A stretch of DNA of 64,000 nt, from the NCBI GenBank assembly GCA_963733095.1, contig CAVTBV010000002.1, positions 64,001 to 128,000 on the forward strand, written 5' to 3'. Made by a program: the position numbers and the translations under genes. The notes beneath the pieces were generated by a model, which saw nothing but the letters and a program-made list of their open reading frames with translations, was not told the DNA's origin and searched no databases. Below are positions 39,704 to 49,777 of this stretch, one piece after another. Positions within the stretch are counted from its first letter, which is position 1. Every line of letters begins with the position of its first letter. Source of the DNA: Candidatus Bathyarchaeota archaeon. GTDB taxonomy: Archaea; Thermoproteota; Bathyarchaeia; Bathyarchaeales; Bathycorpusculaceae.

Positions 39704-40990
39704 TTATTTTTTCTCCCGTTTCTCAAACAGTTTAACCGCTACTTCAATGACTTCCGTGTCATCGTTCTTTGCGGCTAAACGCAAATTCTCAACAATAGGA
39801 ATAAAGGTTTGCTTGAGTAAAATGGAAGTTAAATCTTCCAGTATGTGTTTTTGTTTCTCGTCAAGATTGCCTAGCATGTTGAGTGCGGTGGCGAGTTCTT
39901 TTTGGCGTATTTCTTCTGCTTGAGAAAGAAGTGAAGAAATAATCAATCGAACTGAGAGGCTTTTCATGTCGTCGTTTAAGATTATGAGTTCTTCTTCTAA
40001 GATTTTGACGGCTTTTTCTATGCTTTTTTCGCGTTGTTGCTTGTTCTTGTCGGCAATTAGCTGTAAGTCATCTATGTTGTATAGTTTTGTTGAGGCTACC
40101 TCCGCCACTGCTTTTTCGACGTTGCGTGGGTTCGAAATGTCTATGATTATTAGGTTACCATTGTTTACGCGTTGGTTCATCAGGCGGGAAACAATTTCTT
40201 TGGTTAGTAGGTAGTGGGGTGCTGCAGTTGAGCAAATCACGACGTCTGCGTTGACGAGGACTTCTTCAAACTGGTTAAACTTTACGGCTTCCCCCGAGAG
40301 GTCTTCTGCCAACTTTACCGCACGGTCATAGGTTCGATTGGCGATGAAAATCGGGCTTAGGCATCGTCTGGCTAAGGCTTTTGCAACAAGGGTTCCTATT
40401 TCTCCAGCACCCATGACTAAGATTTTCTTGTCTTCTAAGCTGCCCAACAGATTCACAGCCAACTCGACAGCTGCGGAACCGATGGAAACGGCGCCCTTGT
40501 TTATTCCAGTTTCATTTCTTACTCGCCTACCCACAATCATTGCGCGGTTAAACAGATGCTTTAGGATTGGTCCCAAAGTTTTGGCGTTGTCCGCCACCAG
40601 ATAAGCGTCCCAAACCTGATTAAGAACTTGGTCTTCACCTATAACCATGGATTCTAAGCCTGAGGTGACTCTTAAAAGATGATTAAAGGTGTCATGGTCG
40701 ATTGAGACTTCTATGGCTTTGGCGGCTTCCTCAGCATTTGCCCCTGCCCTTTTAGCTAAAAAATCCTTAGCTATCTCAGCTGTCTTTTCAGCTTCTTCTG
40801 ATACAATGAAAATTTCGATGCGGTTGCATGTCTGCAGAATTAGGCATTCTTCAATGTTTTCAAAGGAGCGTAACTCGGCAACCGCTTTTTCCTTCTCCTT
40901 AAACGATACCGCCTCCATTAACGGCACCCGGGCTGTTTTATGCGTTATTCTGACGTTTATGACATGGTCTGTCTTTGCCGAGGAAAGCAT
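39704..40990 (-). CDS. hemA: Glutamyl-tRNA reductase
   Basis: LQTCNRIE, GLESMVIGEDQV, GAGEIG, ANRT, DISNPRNV. Confidence 0.95.
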   Translation of the reverse strand: MLSSAKTDHVINVRITHKTARVPLMEAVSFKEKEKAVAELRSFENIEECLILQTCNRIEIFIVSEEAEKTAEIAKDFLAKRAGANAEEAAKAIEVSIDHDTFNHLLRVTSGLESMVIGEDQVLNQVWDAYLVADNAKTLGPILKHLFNRAMIVGRRVRNETGINKGAVSIGSAAVELAVNLLGSLEDKKILVMGAGEIGTLVAKALARRCLSPIFIANRTYDRAVKLAEDLSGEAVKFNQFEEVLVNADVVICSTAAPHYLLTKEIVSRLMNQRVNNGNLIIIDISNPRNVEKAVAEVASTKLYNIDDLQLIADKNKQQREKSIEKAVKILEEELIILNDDMKSLSVRLIISSLLSQAEEIRQKELATALNMLGNLDEKQKHILEDLTSILLKQTFIPIVENLRLAAKNDDTEVIEVAVKLFEKREKK

Positions 40991-41054
40991 GGATGGATAA
41001 ACCATGCGGCTTAAATATAAGGTTTACCGTAAAATAGCGTCGGGGCTCTTTGGG
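40991..41054. promoter_or_regulatory. Compact bidirectional promoter (TTAAATATAA at 41011-41020) for both arms of the corrin/tetrapyrrole cluster
   Basis: A single AT box sits between the likely hemA ATG (40990) and the amidase ATG (41055). Confidence 0.5.
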
Positions 41055-42620
41055 ATGCAATTACGTCACAGAATCGGTTTAGTTTATCTTCCAGGGGCTC
41101 TGCCATGCTTTGAAGACTTCGGGAACCTTCCAACCGACCTGGTTTGTGCCGACGGGCTTGTGGATGGCAAGCCAGCTTCCGAAATCTTAGACATGTTAAT
41201 CATTCCGGGCGGCAGTCTCGTCGAATCCCAAAGCGTCAATGAAACGGTTACCCGAGAAATAATAAAAATGGCGGAATCAGGCAAGTTTGTCCTCGGCGTC
41301 TGTTCCGGTTTCCAAGTTCTCGCTAAAGAAACCGACGTTGGACGCCTATCATCTATTCCCATAACCCGCGAAGGCTTGGGATTATTGGATGCGGAGTTCA
41401 AGCCGCTGATATGCACTGATCGAGTGACCGCTACAGTGGTTGACAAAAGCTTCATAACCCAAGAAGTCGGCAAAGAAGTTTCAGGCTTCCACTGCCATAC
41501 CTACGGCAAGATTGTCCTCAACAAAGAAGCCAAACCCATCATAATCACCCACGCCAAGCGGGTCAACTACAAAAAAGACCCCCAAGACCTGATTTCAGGA
41601 GTCGCTAACAAACAAGGCAACGTGGTTGGCGTTTTTATTCATGGTCTACTGGACCAGAACCCAACAATTCTAAAGAGCATCACTCAATCGTTGGACATAA
41701 ACCAGATAGAACTTGACGCAATACGGCAGGCAAACGCGAAACTTTTAATTCAAATCAAATGTGAAGTCGGAATCGCAACCAACATACACCAGCAAACAAC
41801 TGCAGAACAGAAAGAGCCACGGTTGCTTTTAGTGACGGCGACCGGGAGTGGTTCAGGAAAAACATTCGTAGTGACAGGCATCGCTGGTGCCTTAAAGAAA
41901 AGAGGCTTCAAAGTCGGAGTCATAAAAATCGGTGGAGACATACGGGACGCTGTACCAGCCCTCTACCTGATTAAAGAGCCTATAAAGCCATATTCGTCTA
42001 TAAGAATTGGGGAAAGCGGCTGGAAACCCCTCGAGCAAGCTGTACAGGAAGCTATCCAAAACCACGATTTTCTCTTAGTTGAAGGCGCCATGAGCACTTT
42101 CACAGGTTTACTAAACGACAACTATAAGCGACCGATGTCCACAGCAGAAGTCGCCGCAGCCTTAGGTGCGTCAACTGTTCTTGTGGTCGGTTGCGATAAA
42201 GAAGGAATCGAAGGCGCCCTAATCAGCACCCTAAACTACGTAAACATCCTAAAACGCCTCGGCGTAAATGTCACTGGCGTAATCCTAAACAAACTACGCG
42301 TCAGCTACATAACCGACGAAATACGCCAAACAATGAAAACCGCTTTCCAAAATGTCGGTATTGAGCTGTTGGGGATGCTTCCACGACTGGATTTGGAAGC
42401 CAGAGGCATGATACCTGAAATCGAAATCCGGTACGATGATTTTGGCGCTCAAGCCATCGATGCCGCGGAAAAATATGTTGATTTGGATTTGTTGGCTAAG
42501 GTTGCCCTGCCACCTATGCAAGTTGATGTTGATTACAGGGCTTTTATGGAAAAGTTCAAGAATTTACTAACCCATTATAGCCTTAATGCTTCGGAAGGTG
42601 GCAAACCAAAAAATTGCTAG
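41055..42620 (+). CDS. Cobyrinate amidase with N-terminal CobQ-like GATase and C-terminal CbiA ATPase domain (PRK06278-like)
   Basis: LPCFEDFGNLPT, IPGGS, GVCSGFQ, FIHG; then TGSGSGKT, VEGAM, GVILNK. Confidence 0.85.
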   Translation: MQLRHRIGLVYLPGALPCFEDFGNLPTDLVCADGLVDGKPASEILDMLIIPGGSLVESQSVNETVTREIIKMAESGKFVLGVCSGFQVLAKETDVGRLSSIPITREGLGLLDAEFKPLICTDRVTATVVDKSFITQEVGKEVSGFHCHTYGKIVLNKEAKPIIITHAKRVNYKKDPQDLISGVANKQGNVVGVFIHGLLDQNPTILKSITQSLDINQIELDAIRQANAKLLIQIKCEVGIATNIHQQTTAEQKEPRLLLVTATGSGSGKTFVVTGIAGALKKRGFKVGVIKIGGDIRDAVPALYLIKEPIKPYSSIRIGESGWKPLEQAVQEAIQNHDFLLVEGAMSTFTGLLNDNYKRPMSTAEVAAALGASTVLVVGCDKEGIEGALISTLNYVNILKRLGVNVTGVILNKLRVSYITDEIRQTMKTAFQNVGIELLGMLPRLDLEARGMIPEIEIRYDDFGAQAIDAAEKYVDLDLLAKVALPPMQVDVDYRAFMEKFKNLLTHYSLNASEGGKPKNC

Positions 42621-43264
42621 TAGACCTCAAACTTGACGGAAAAACCGTTATGGTAGTCGGCGGAGGTGCAGAAAGCTACCGCAAAACACAGAGCTTCCTG
42701 GATTCTGGCGCAACGATTTGGGTGGTAAGCAAGGGTTTCTTAGAAGGTATTCAGAAACTTGGTGATGAAAAGAAAGTTGCTCTACTTAAAACAGAGGTTA
42801 AGGATGCTAAATCTTTTATTGACAGTCTGAGTCCCAAGCCAGACGTGTTCTTAGCGGTGACGAATGATGCTACACTGAACTTTGAGTTGGTGAATGCCGC
42901 AAAAGCTTTTGGATGCATGGTTTATGCGGTTGATAACCCCGCGCTGAGCGATTTTATTTTGCCAGCAATCGCGAAAGTTGGCGACGTTAAAGTTGCGGTT
43001 TCCACGGGAGGCAAAAGCCCCGCCATGGCACACGTGCTCCGAGAGAGAATAGAGAAGATAGTTACGCCTCAAGACTTGCTGGAGATTGAATTGCAAGCTA
43101 ACATGCGGGGCATAATCAAAGAAAGCATCGCTGATGCTAAAGAACGCAGCAAATTGTTATACGAGATACTTAATAACGATAACATCAAAGAGGCTCTAAA
43201 TGAAGGTAAACTTCAAGAGGCTCAAGAACTAGCCATGAAACTCATGGAAAAAAGGGAGAAATGA
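42614..43264 (+). CDS. sirC: Precorrin-2 dehydrogenase (SirC/CysG N-terminal)
   Basis: VVGGG...RK, VDNP..SDF..PA, STGGKSP.MA..LR. Confidence 0.9.
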   Translation: MLVDLKLDGKTVMVVGGGAESYRKTQSFLDSGATIWVVSKGFLEGIQKLGDEKKVALLKTEVKDAKSFIDSLSPKPDVFLAVTNDATLNFELVNAAKAFGCMVYAVDNPALSDFILPAIAKVGDVKVAVSTGGKSPAMAHVLRERIEKIVTPQDLLEIELQANMRGIIKESIADAKERSKLLYEILNNDNIKEALNEGKLQEAQELAMKLMEKREK

Positions 43265-43267
43265 CAA

Positions 43268-44248
43268 GTGAGTTTTCCAACCGTGCGAATGAGAAGGTTG
43301 CGCAGAACCGCAGCGTTACGCGAAATGTTAAACCAAGTGTGTTTACAACCAAGTAACCTAATTTACCCGATTTTTGTTGAAGAAGGCGTCAAAAAACCTG
43401 TTCCCATAGCATCCATGCCTGGATACAGCAGATTACCAATAACGGAAGTTGTAAATGAGGGCAAAAAGGCACTTGCACAAGGCGTTAAAAGCGTTCTGCT
43501 CTTCGGTATCCCAGCCAAAAAAGATGAAGCAGGTACAAGTGCATTCGCAAAAGACGGTATCGTACAAAAAGCAATCCGCGAACTCAAAGAAGCGTTCGTT
43601 GAAGAACTCGTTATTATCGGAGATGTTTGCCTCTGCGAATATATGAGCCATGGTCACTGCGGCATAATCAACGATGCGGAAGTCCAGAACGATGCAACTC
43701 TTGAGTTACTTGGAAAGATAGCTGTTAGTTATGCTGAAGCTGGCGTGGACATTGTTGCACCCTCTGCCATGATGGACGGTCAAGTCGGCACGATCCGAGA
43801 AGCGTTGGATGATGCAGGATTTGAGCAGGTTCCAATTATGGTATACTCGGCAAAGTATGCGTCGGGCTTTTATGGTCCATTCAGAGAAGCGGCTGAGTCT
43901 ACTCCGAAGTTTGGGAACCGCCGTAGCTATCAGATGAGCCAAGGCAGACAGCAAGAAGCAATGCGCGAAATCGAACTTGACATCGCCGAAGGCGCAGACA
44001 TGATAATTGTAAAGCCCGCCTTAGCTTACTTAGACATAATCGCATTGGCGAAAGCCAACTTTAACGTGCCCATAGTCGCCTACAACGTCAGCGGCGAATA
44101 TAGCATGGTTAAAGCTGCTGCCCAAAAGGGCTGGATAGACGAAAAAACTGTAACCCGAGAAATCCTGACCGGCATCAAACGAGCAGGCGCCGACCTAATA
44201 ATAACTTACCACGCTAAAGATGCACAAGAATGGTTGAACCAACCTTGA
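43268..44248 (+). CDS. hemB: Porphobilinogen synthase
   Basis: RMRRLR, DVCLCEY.SHGHCG, SAMMDG, FYGPFR, VKP, YNVSGEY. Confidence 0.97.
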   Translation: MSFPTVRMRRLRRTAALREMLNQVCLQPSNLIYPIFVEEGVKKPVPIASMPGYSRLPITEVVNEGKKALAQGVKSVLLFGIPAKKDEAGTSAFAKDGIVQKAIRELKEAFVEELVIIGDVCLCEYMSHGHCGIINDAEVQNDATLELLGKIAVSYAEAGVDIVAPSAMMDGQVGTIREALDDAGFEQVPIMVYSAKYASGFYGPFREAAESTPKFGNRRSYQMSQGRQQEAMREIELDIAEGADMIIVKPALAYLDIIALAKANFNVPIVAYNVSGEYSMVKAAAQKGWIDEKTVTREILTGIKRAGADLIITYHAKDAQEWLNQP

Positions 44249-45543
44249 ACAGCAAATCAGAAAAACTCTTTGAGAGAGCAAAAAAAATCCTACCCGGCGG
44301 CGTGAACAGCCCCGTCCGAGCGTTCGAGCCATACCCCTTTTTCGTGGAATACGCTCAGGGCTCAAAAATGCATGATGCCGACGGCAAATCTTATGTTGAT
44401 TACTGTATGGCTTATGGCGCGTTGCTTTTGGGGCATGCAAACGCCGAAATCCTCGATGCAGTTAAAAAGCAGTTTACTCTGGGAACACTTTACGGTGCTC
44501 CAACCGAGCGTGAAGTGGAATTTGCCGAACTTATCTCTAAAGCTTCACCCTGTATGGAGATGATGCGTCTAGTAAACAGCGGCACCGAAGCCACAATGCA
44601 TGCTATCCGCACAGCAAGAGGCTACACGGGGCGGAAGAAAATCATCAAATTCGAAGGGTGCTTCCATGGCTCCCACGATAGTGTGCTTGTCAAGGCAGGG
44701 TCAGGAGCCGCAACTTTCGGAGCGCCAAACTCATTGGGGGTACCAGAGGAAACCACACAGAACACGATTGTTCTGCCCTACAACAGCGCTGAAGCACTGG
44801 AAGCTACATTTAAGAGTGTGGGCAACCAAATCGCCGCAGTTATCGTTGAGCCCGTTTTGGCTAATGTTGGCTTGATTTTACCCACAAAAGATTACCTGAG
44901 TTATCTGAGAAAAATAACCAGCCAGCACGGGGCGGTTTTGATTTTTGACGAAATCATCACTGGTTTTCGCTTAGCTTTGGGCGGCGCACAGGAATACTTT
45001 GGCGTTACCCCTGACATGGCGACGCTTGGCAAGGTGCTTGGCGGCGGCTTCCCGTTGGCAGCATTTGGCGGCAAAAAAGAAATCATGCAGAATATTTCTC
45101 CAGTCGGCAGAGTCTACCAAGCGGGAACCTTTAGCGGCAACCCTGTCTCAGCAACAGCTGGTTTCACAATTCTTAACATCCTAAGACAAAAGAAAAACCA
45201 AATTTACCCACAACTCGAAAAGAACGCCGCAGAGCTCGCAAAAGCCCTAACCGACCAAGCCCAAGCCTACAAGTTGCCCGCTCAAGTCTATAACATCGCA
45301 TCTATGTACCAGATATTCTTCACCAAAGACCAAGTTCTCGATTACACCTGCGCTAAACACTCAGATACAGCCATGTTCGCAGCTTACTTCAGGGAACTGC
45401 TACGTCAAGGAGTGTTTATTCCTCCCTCCCAGTTTGAAACGTGCTTTATTTCAGCCGCCCACACCGAGGAAGACTTTAGATTCACTGCCAACGCATTTGA
45501 AAAAGCTCTTGCAGCGGCAGCGAAAACGAGGAATCCTCAATGA
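44230..45543 (+). CDS. hemL: Glutamate-1-semialdehyde 2,1-aminomutase
   Basis: PGGVNSPVRAF, SGTEA, FDEIITGFR, GKVLGGG, YQAGTFSGNP, PSQFE. Confidence 0.97.
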   Translation: MVEPTLNSKSEKLFERAKKILPGGVNSPVRAFEPYPFFVEYAQGSKMHDADGKSYVDYCMAYGALLLGHANAEILDAVKKQFTLGTLYGAPTEREVEFAELISKASPCMEMMRLVNSGTEATMHAIRTARGYTGRKKIIKFEGCFHGSHDSVLVKAGSGAATFGAPNSLGVPEETTQNTIVLPYNSAEALEATFKSVGNQIAAVIVEPVLANVGLILPTKDYLSYLRKITSQHGAVLIFDEIITGFRLALGGAQEYFGVTPDMATLGKVLGGGFPLAAFGGKKEIMQNISPVGRVYQAGTFSGNPVSATAGFTILNILRQKKNQIYPQLEKNAAELAKALTDQAQAYKLPAQVYNIASMYQIFFTKDQVLDYTCAKHSDTAMFAAYFRELLRQGVFIPPSQFETCFISAAHTEEDFRFTANAFEKALAAAAKTRNPQ

Positions 45544-46475
45544 AACTTGTCGTCGGCACAAGAGGCAGCAAACTCGCCCTCGCCCAAACCAACCGCACCC
45601 TAAACCAAATTAAACAAAAATGTCCCGACATAAATTTTGAGTTGAAAATCATCAAGACCACAGGCGACAAAGAACATGGCAAACCCCTCTTTTCGATAGA
45701 TTGCAAGGGCATCTTTGAGAAGGAAATTGATCAGGAAGTTGTCAGCGGCAAAGTTGATTTGGCTGTACACAGCTTGAAAGACGTGCCTATTGTTGAACAG
45801 CAGACTGGTACGGTTTTGGCTTCAATTCCGAAGAGAGATTCGCCATGCGATGTTTTCATTTCTAAGGATAAAATTCACCTCAGCGCGCTGCCGAAAGGTG
45901 CAGTCGTTGGAACTGGTAGCCTGAGACGACTAGCCGAAATCAAATTCATTCGCCCAGATTTAGATGTTGAACCCATCAGGGGAAATGTGGACACAAGAAT
46001 CGGCAAAGTCAAAAAAGGAGAATTGGCAGGCATAATCATTGCGGAAGCCGGTTTAGAGAGAATGGATCTAACAAGTGAAATCACTGAGCGCCTCCTACTT
46101 GACCAATTTCCATCCGCAGCTGGACAAGGGGCAATAGCAATCGTGGCAAAAGAAGGCAGCACCGCCGTCATAGACGTTTTACATTCAGTGGAGGACAAAG
46201 CTACCCGCGCCGAAATAACAGCAGAACGTCGTTTGGTGCTTGAATTGGAAGGTGGATGCCGCGTACCTATAGGCGCTGTCGGACAGGCAAAAGGTAACAA
46301 CCTTTCGTTGTTTGGCTGCATTTTCTCGTTAACAGAGCAAAAGAAAATCAGTGCGTCCGCTAAAGGAACATTAGCCCAAGCCGATGAATTAGGCAAAAAA
46401 GTGGGCGAAGACCTAATCAAGATGGGTGCTAAAGACTTGGAGAAGGAATGGAGAGAAAAATATGGTGTATGGTAA
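45540..46475 (+). CDS. hemC: Hydroxymethylbilane synthase
   Basis: GTRGSKLAL.Q, AVHSLKD, GTGSLRR, RGNVDTR, GGCRVP. Confidence 0.97.
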   Translation: MKLVVGTRGSKLALAQTNRTLNQIKQKCPDINFELKIIKTTGDKEHGKPLFSIDCKGIFEKEIDQEVVSGKVDLAVHSLKDVPIVEQQTGTVLASIPKRDSPCDVFISKDKIHLSALPKGAVVGTGSLRRLAEIKFIRPDLDVEPIRGNVDTRIGKVKKGELAGIIIAEAGLERMDLTSEITERLLLDQFPSAAGQGAIAIVAKEGSTAVIDVLHSVEDKATRAEITAERRLVLELEGGCRVPIGAVGQAKGNNLSLFGCIFSLTEQKKISASAKGTLAQADELGKKVGEDLIKMGAKDLEKEWREKYGVW

Positions 46476-47217
46476 AGTTTACCTTGTTGGTGCCGGTCCA
46501 GGCGACCCCCAACTGCTCACGATTAAAGCGGTTAAGGTGCTAAAAGAAGCAGATGTAGTTATCTACGATAGGCTCGTTGGAGAAGAAATACTCTGCTTAG
46601 CACCTGAAGGCGCCGAGATGATCTATGTTGGTAAGCGCACAGGTAAACATGAGGTACCCCAAGACAAGATTACTGAGTTAATAGTTGAGAAAGCGCAGAG
46701 CGGCGGCAAGATTGTTCGACTCAAAGGTGGCGACCCGTTTATTTTTGGGAGAGGCGGTGAAGAAGCCGAAGCGTTGGTTGAGAAAGGCATCGCGTTTGAA
46801 GTTGTTCCTGGTGTGAGCTCATCTGTGGCAGCTCCAATGTACGCAGGAATACCCTTGACCCACCGAGACTATGCAGCATCAGTCGCGATAATTACCGGTC
46901 ACCGAGCAGGCGATGCAGAGAAACCCATCGATTGGGTAAGAATCGCTAATGCTGTCGACACTATGGTCATTCTTATGGGCGTAGAATCCCTTGAAGGCAT
47001 AGTCGGCAAGCTACTGGAAGGTGGTATAAGCGTAGACAAACCAGTCGCCATGGTCGAATCCGGAACCTACCCAAAACAGAGAGCCCTTATCAGTACTTTG
47101 GGCAAAATCATCAAAGACGCCAAAAGCAAACAAATCAAGCCACCATCCGTTATAGTTATCGGAGAAGTCGCAACTTTAGGCAGGAAACTCGCATGGTTCA
47201 AAAAACCCCTAACTTAG
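46462..47217 (+). CDS. cobA: Uroporphyrinogen-III C-methyltransferase
   Basis: VGAGPGDP, YDRLV, RLKGGDPFIFGRGGEE, GIPLTHR. Confidence 0.97.
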   Translation: MVYGKVYLVGAGPGDPQLLTIKAVKVLKEADVVIYDRLVGEEILCLAPEGAEMIYVGKRTGKHEVPQDKITELIVEKAQSGGKIVRLKGGDPFIFGRGGEEAEALVEKGIAFEVVPGVSSSVAAPMYAGIPLTHRDYAASVAIITGHRAGDAEKPIDWVRIANAVDTMVILMGVESLEGIVGKLLEGGISVDKPVAMVESGTYPKQRALISTLGKIIKDAKSKQIKPPSVIVIGEVATLGRKLAWFKKPLT

Positions 47218-48017
47218 TCGGCAAAACCATAGCTATCACACGCCCTGCGGGACAAGCCGAAGAAGCAGGCGCAATCATCAAGCAGAAGGGCGGCATACCC
47301 TACTATATTCCCGCAATAGAAATCAAGGCTCTAAGCAACCCAGTTGCTCTAAAAAAGTTTATTCGGGAACTTCACGAGCGTCAAGTGGACTATGTCATTT
47401 TTATGAGTACCAATGGAGTTAAGTATCTTTTTAGTGCAGCTCAAAATTTTAACCTGCAAATGTTGCTCTATGAAGGTCTTAAATGTACGTTTGTAATCGC
47501 GGTCGGTCCAAAGACAGCTGAAGCCATGGAGGAATGCAATGTTCGCGTGGATATAGTTCCCGAAAAATATAGTTCTGAAGGCTTACTAAAGGCGTTGGAA
47601 GGCAAAGATTTGGCGGGCAAAAAAATCCGCATCCCTCGAACCAGCAATGCCACTCCCACCTTAACCAATAAACTCAGGGAAATGGGTGCAGACGTAGAGG
47701 AAATCTACGTTTACGAGTCAGGGTTGCCAGTAGACCAAAAACTAAAAACAAAGTTCTATGAAGACTTAACCAGCGGAAAGATTGACGCTATAGTTTTCGG
47801 CAGCGGCTTGAGTGCCAAGAACATTTTTAAGATGCTCACTGAAAAAGCTCCCATGGAAACTCTAAGAAATTTTGTAAACTCCAAAGTGACAACAGTGGCT
47901 ATTGGTCCCACTACTGCCGAAGCTCTAACGGAAATGGATATAAAAGTTAACGTCGTCCCCAAGGACTACTTGTTCGAAGAAGCGTTAACTGCTTTAGAGG
48001 CGTTCTGGAAACACTAA
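47193..48017 (+). CDS. hemD: Uroporphyrinogen-III synthase
   Basis: ITRP, FMSTNGV, AVGPKTA, YSSEGL, VYE, IGPTTA. Confidence 0.93.
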   Translation: MVQKTPNLVGKTIAITRPAGQAEEAGAIIKQKGGIPYYIPAIEIKALSNPVALKKFIRELHERQVDYVIFMSTNGVKYLFSAAQNFNLQMLLYEGLKCTFVIAVGPKTAEAMEECNVRVDIVPEKYSSEGLLKALEGKDLAGKKIRIPRTSNATPTLTNKLREMGADVEEIYVYESGLPVDQKLKTKFYEDLTSGKIDAIVFGSGLSAKNIFKMLTEKAPMETLRNFVNSKVTTVAIGPTTAEALTEMDIKVNVVPKDYLFEEALTALEAFWKH

Positions 48018-48137
48018 GTAAAAAATTAATGTAGTAGTGCAGGCACAGCCACTTACCTTTAAAACACCCCTGATTTACCTTATTAACAGAGTAACCGCCT
48101 GTTTTTCGGTTAGATTTTGTGTTGGAGGTGAAATTTT

Positions 48138-48341
48138 ATGGAAGCAACAGACAAGAGTGGTAAAGTAAAGTTTACTTTTGAAATGGAATTAAACCAGCCC
48201 ATAATGGACCTCGTTAGGCAAGACATCGATGTGATGATGGATCTTGCTTCTCAAGGTGCAGACATTTGGAGAAAGAATGTGGGTGAAAGAAGAAAGATGG
48301 GCCACGGTATGGGCATGATGATGCACCATGGCCAAGAATAA
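48138..48341 (+). CDS. Small protein with His/Met-rich C-terminus
   Basis: Strong GGAGGTGA RBS; ends in MGHGMGMMMHHGQE. Confidence 0.75.
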   Translation: MEATDKSGKVKFTFEMELNQPIMDLVRQDIDVMMDLASQGADIWRKNVGERRKMGHGMGMMMHHGQE

Positions 48342-48351
48342 AACTTTAGCC

Positions 48352-49128
48352 TTAAAGAAAGTCTGGGCTAAATTGTGGTTCATTAGCAACCGAAGCAATA
48401 ATCTGCTCGGCAAATTCCTCTTGTTCTTTTTCGCCGGTGACGGCAATCCAGCATGCGCCTTCTGCGCCGCAAACGCCGCCGGCAGCGATTAACTCCACCT
48501 CGGCGGCTGTTAGCACCCTTAACGCATCCAATTCAGTGAAGACTTCTCCTGGGACGGGCAACAAACGGTATCCGCCTGCACCTGGAGCATTTAACTTCTC
48601 GGCTAAGGCGTTCAAGTTACCGTCTATACGTTTCTCTAAACCTACCGGAATTATAAGTCTCACCCGACGACCCACAACAGCGGGCAAAGCCAAACCTATC
48701 GTTCCGGCTTTGGGGTGGCCAATCAAAATAGCTGCTTGCCTGTGGGTTAAATCTAACGCGTTGGCTCCTTTCAAAATGACATCACCCTCCGTGAGGTTGT
48801 CAATTACGTCAGCGATTGTTTTTCCTTCTTGCCAAACACCATTAGTTATTACCAAATCCCCCGGAAACTTACTCTCATCCGTCAGTCTGCCTTCGGCAGT
48901 TACATTCTTATCTGGAGGAATGGTTATGCCGCGGAAGAAATGTTTTCTTGAGAAATCATTTGCTATTTTGTGGGTTTTTAGGATTTCTTCAGCTACATAA
49001 CCGTTGGTGGTTCCCGCAATAATTACAAGTGTTCCATTTTTTAGTGCTTTGCGTATGGCTGGGTGATTTGCGATGGTTTTGGCGATTAAACGTTTACCTG
49101 TTTGAGGTGTGATCAGGAACTGTTTCAT
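48352..49128 (-). CDS. Conserved hypothetical protein (possibly RpiA/CoA-transferase-like fold)
   Basis: 258-aa ORF with [36 protein letters not shown]. Confidence 0.7.
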   Translation of the reverse strand: MKQFLITPQTGKRLIAKTIANHPAIRKALKNGTLVIIAGTTNGYVAEEILKTHKIANDFSRKHFFRGITIPPDKNVTAEGRLTDESKFPGDLVITNGVWQEGKTIADVIDNLTEGDVILKGANALDLTHRQAAILIGHPKAGTIGLALPAVVGRRVRLIIPVGLEKRIDGNLNALAEKLNAPGAGGYRLLPVPGEVFTELDALRVLTAAEVELIAAGGVCGAEGACWIAVTGEKEQEEFAEQIIASVANEPQFSPDFL

Positions 49129-49257
49129 ATGGCATCTCTTTGCTTCATTAATCGTTAAGTGTAATAAATGTTTTAATCGTCAGCTTATCCATCATAAGGC
49201 CATAAAATTTTCCTAAGGGTCTGAATAGCACAGCTTTAAAAGCAAGCACGCCTATGA

Positions 49258-49551
49258 ATGGGAGGTTTAATGGTGAGTATTTTGGCTCAAAAAGTTCGTG
49301 GAAGAATAACTAATTACCGCACAGGACCCAAAGAACAAACATCAAACGAGTGCTTAATTGAATTTGAAAATGTTGCATCTGCAGGCTCAGCAAGCAAACT
49401 AATTGGGCAAAAGGTTACTTGGAAAAACGGAAAAACAAAGCTTACTGGAAAAATCAGGGGCGCGCACGGCAAGAATGGAATGGTTCGAGCAAGGTTTAAG
49501 CGTGGAGTTCCTGGCCAAGCAATCGGTTCAGTTGTTGAACTGATAAGCTAA
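49258..49551 (+). CDS. rpl35ae: 50S ribosomal protein L35Ae (eL33)
   Basis: G.I.NYR.G...Q, LIG.KV.W, GKI...HG.NG.V.ARF..G.PGQAIG. Confidence 0.93.
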   Translation: MGGLMVSILAQKVRGRITNYRTGPKEQTSNECLIEFENVASAGSASKLIGQKVTWKNGKTKLTGKIRGAHGKNGMVRARFKRGVPGQAIGSVVELIS

Positions 49552-49594
49552 TTATCTTCTAAAAATATTTATAATTTTTCAAAAAAAAACTGTT

Positions 49595-49765
49595 TTATAA
49601 TTCGCCCACATCAGGACCTTCGTAGACGTATTCAATTATTTCGGTATTTCCGTCTTTAACAATTACTTGGTAATCTGCTTCGCATATTGGACAGGCGACT
49701 ATTTCGCCGTCTTTTAAGCCGTCTCGTTTGAAGGTGTTCCCGCATTCAGTACATTTAAGAATAAT
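49595..49765 (-). CDS. LysW-like zinc-ribbon protein without canonical start codon
   Basis: IILKCTECGNTFKRDGLKDGEIVACPICEADYQVIVKDGNTEIIEYVYEGPDVGEL. GGAGG lies 8 nt before ATT at 49765, and the frame is in frame with the aIF1A TAG. Confidence 0.75.
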   Translation of the reverse strand: MILKCTECGNTFKRDGLKDGEIVACPICEADYQVIVKDGNTEIIEYVYEGPDVGEL

Positions 49766-49777
49766 AGCTTTAGCCTC

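Noticed and set aside
38626-42620. Coenzyme F430 pathway (CfbA/CfbB-like genes)
   Set aside because: No cfbC/D/E are present. The surrounding cbi methyltransferases and Co transporter indicate corrin synthesis.
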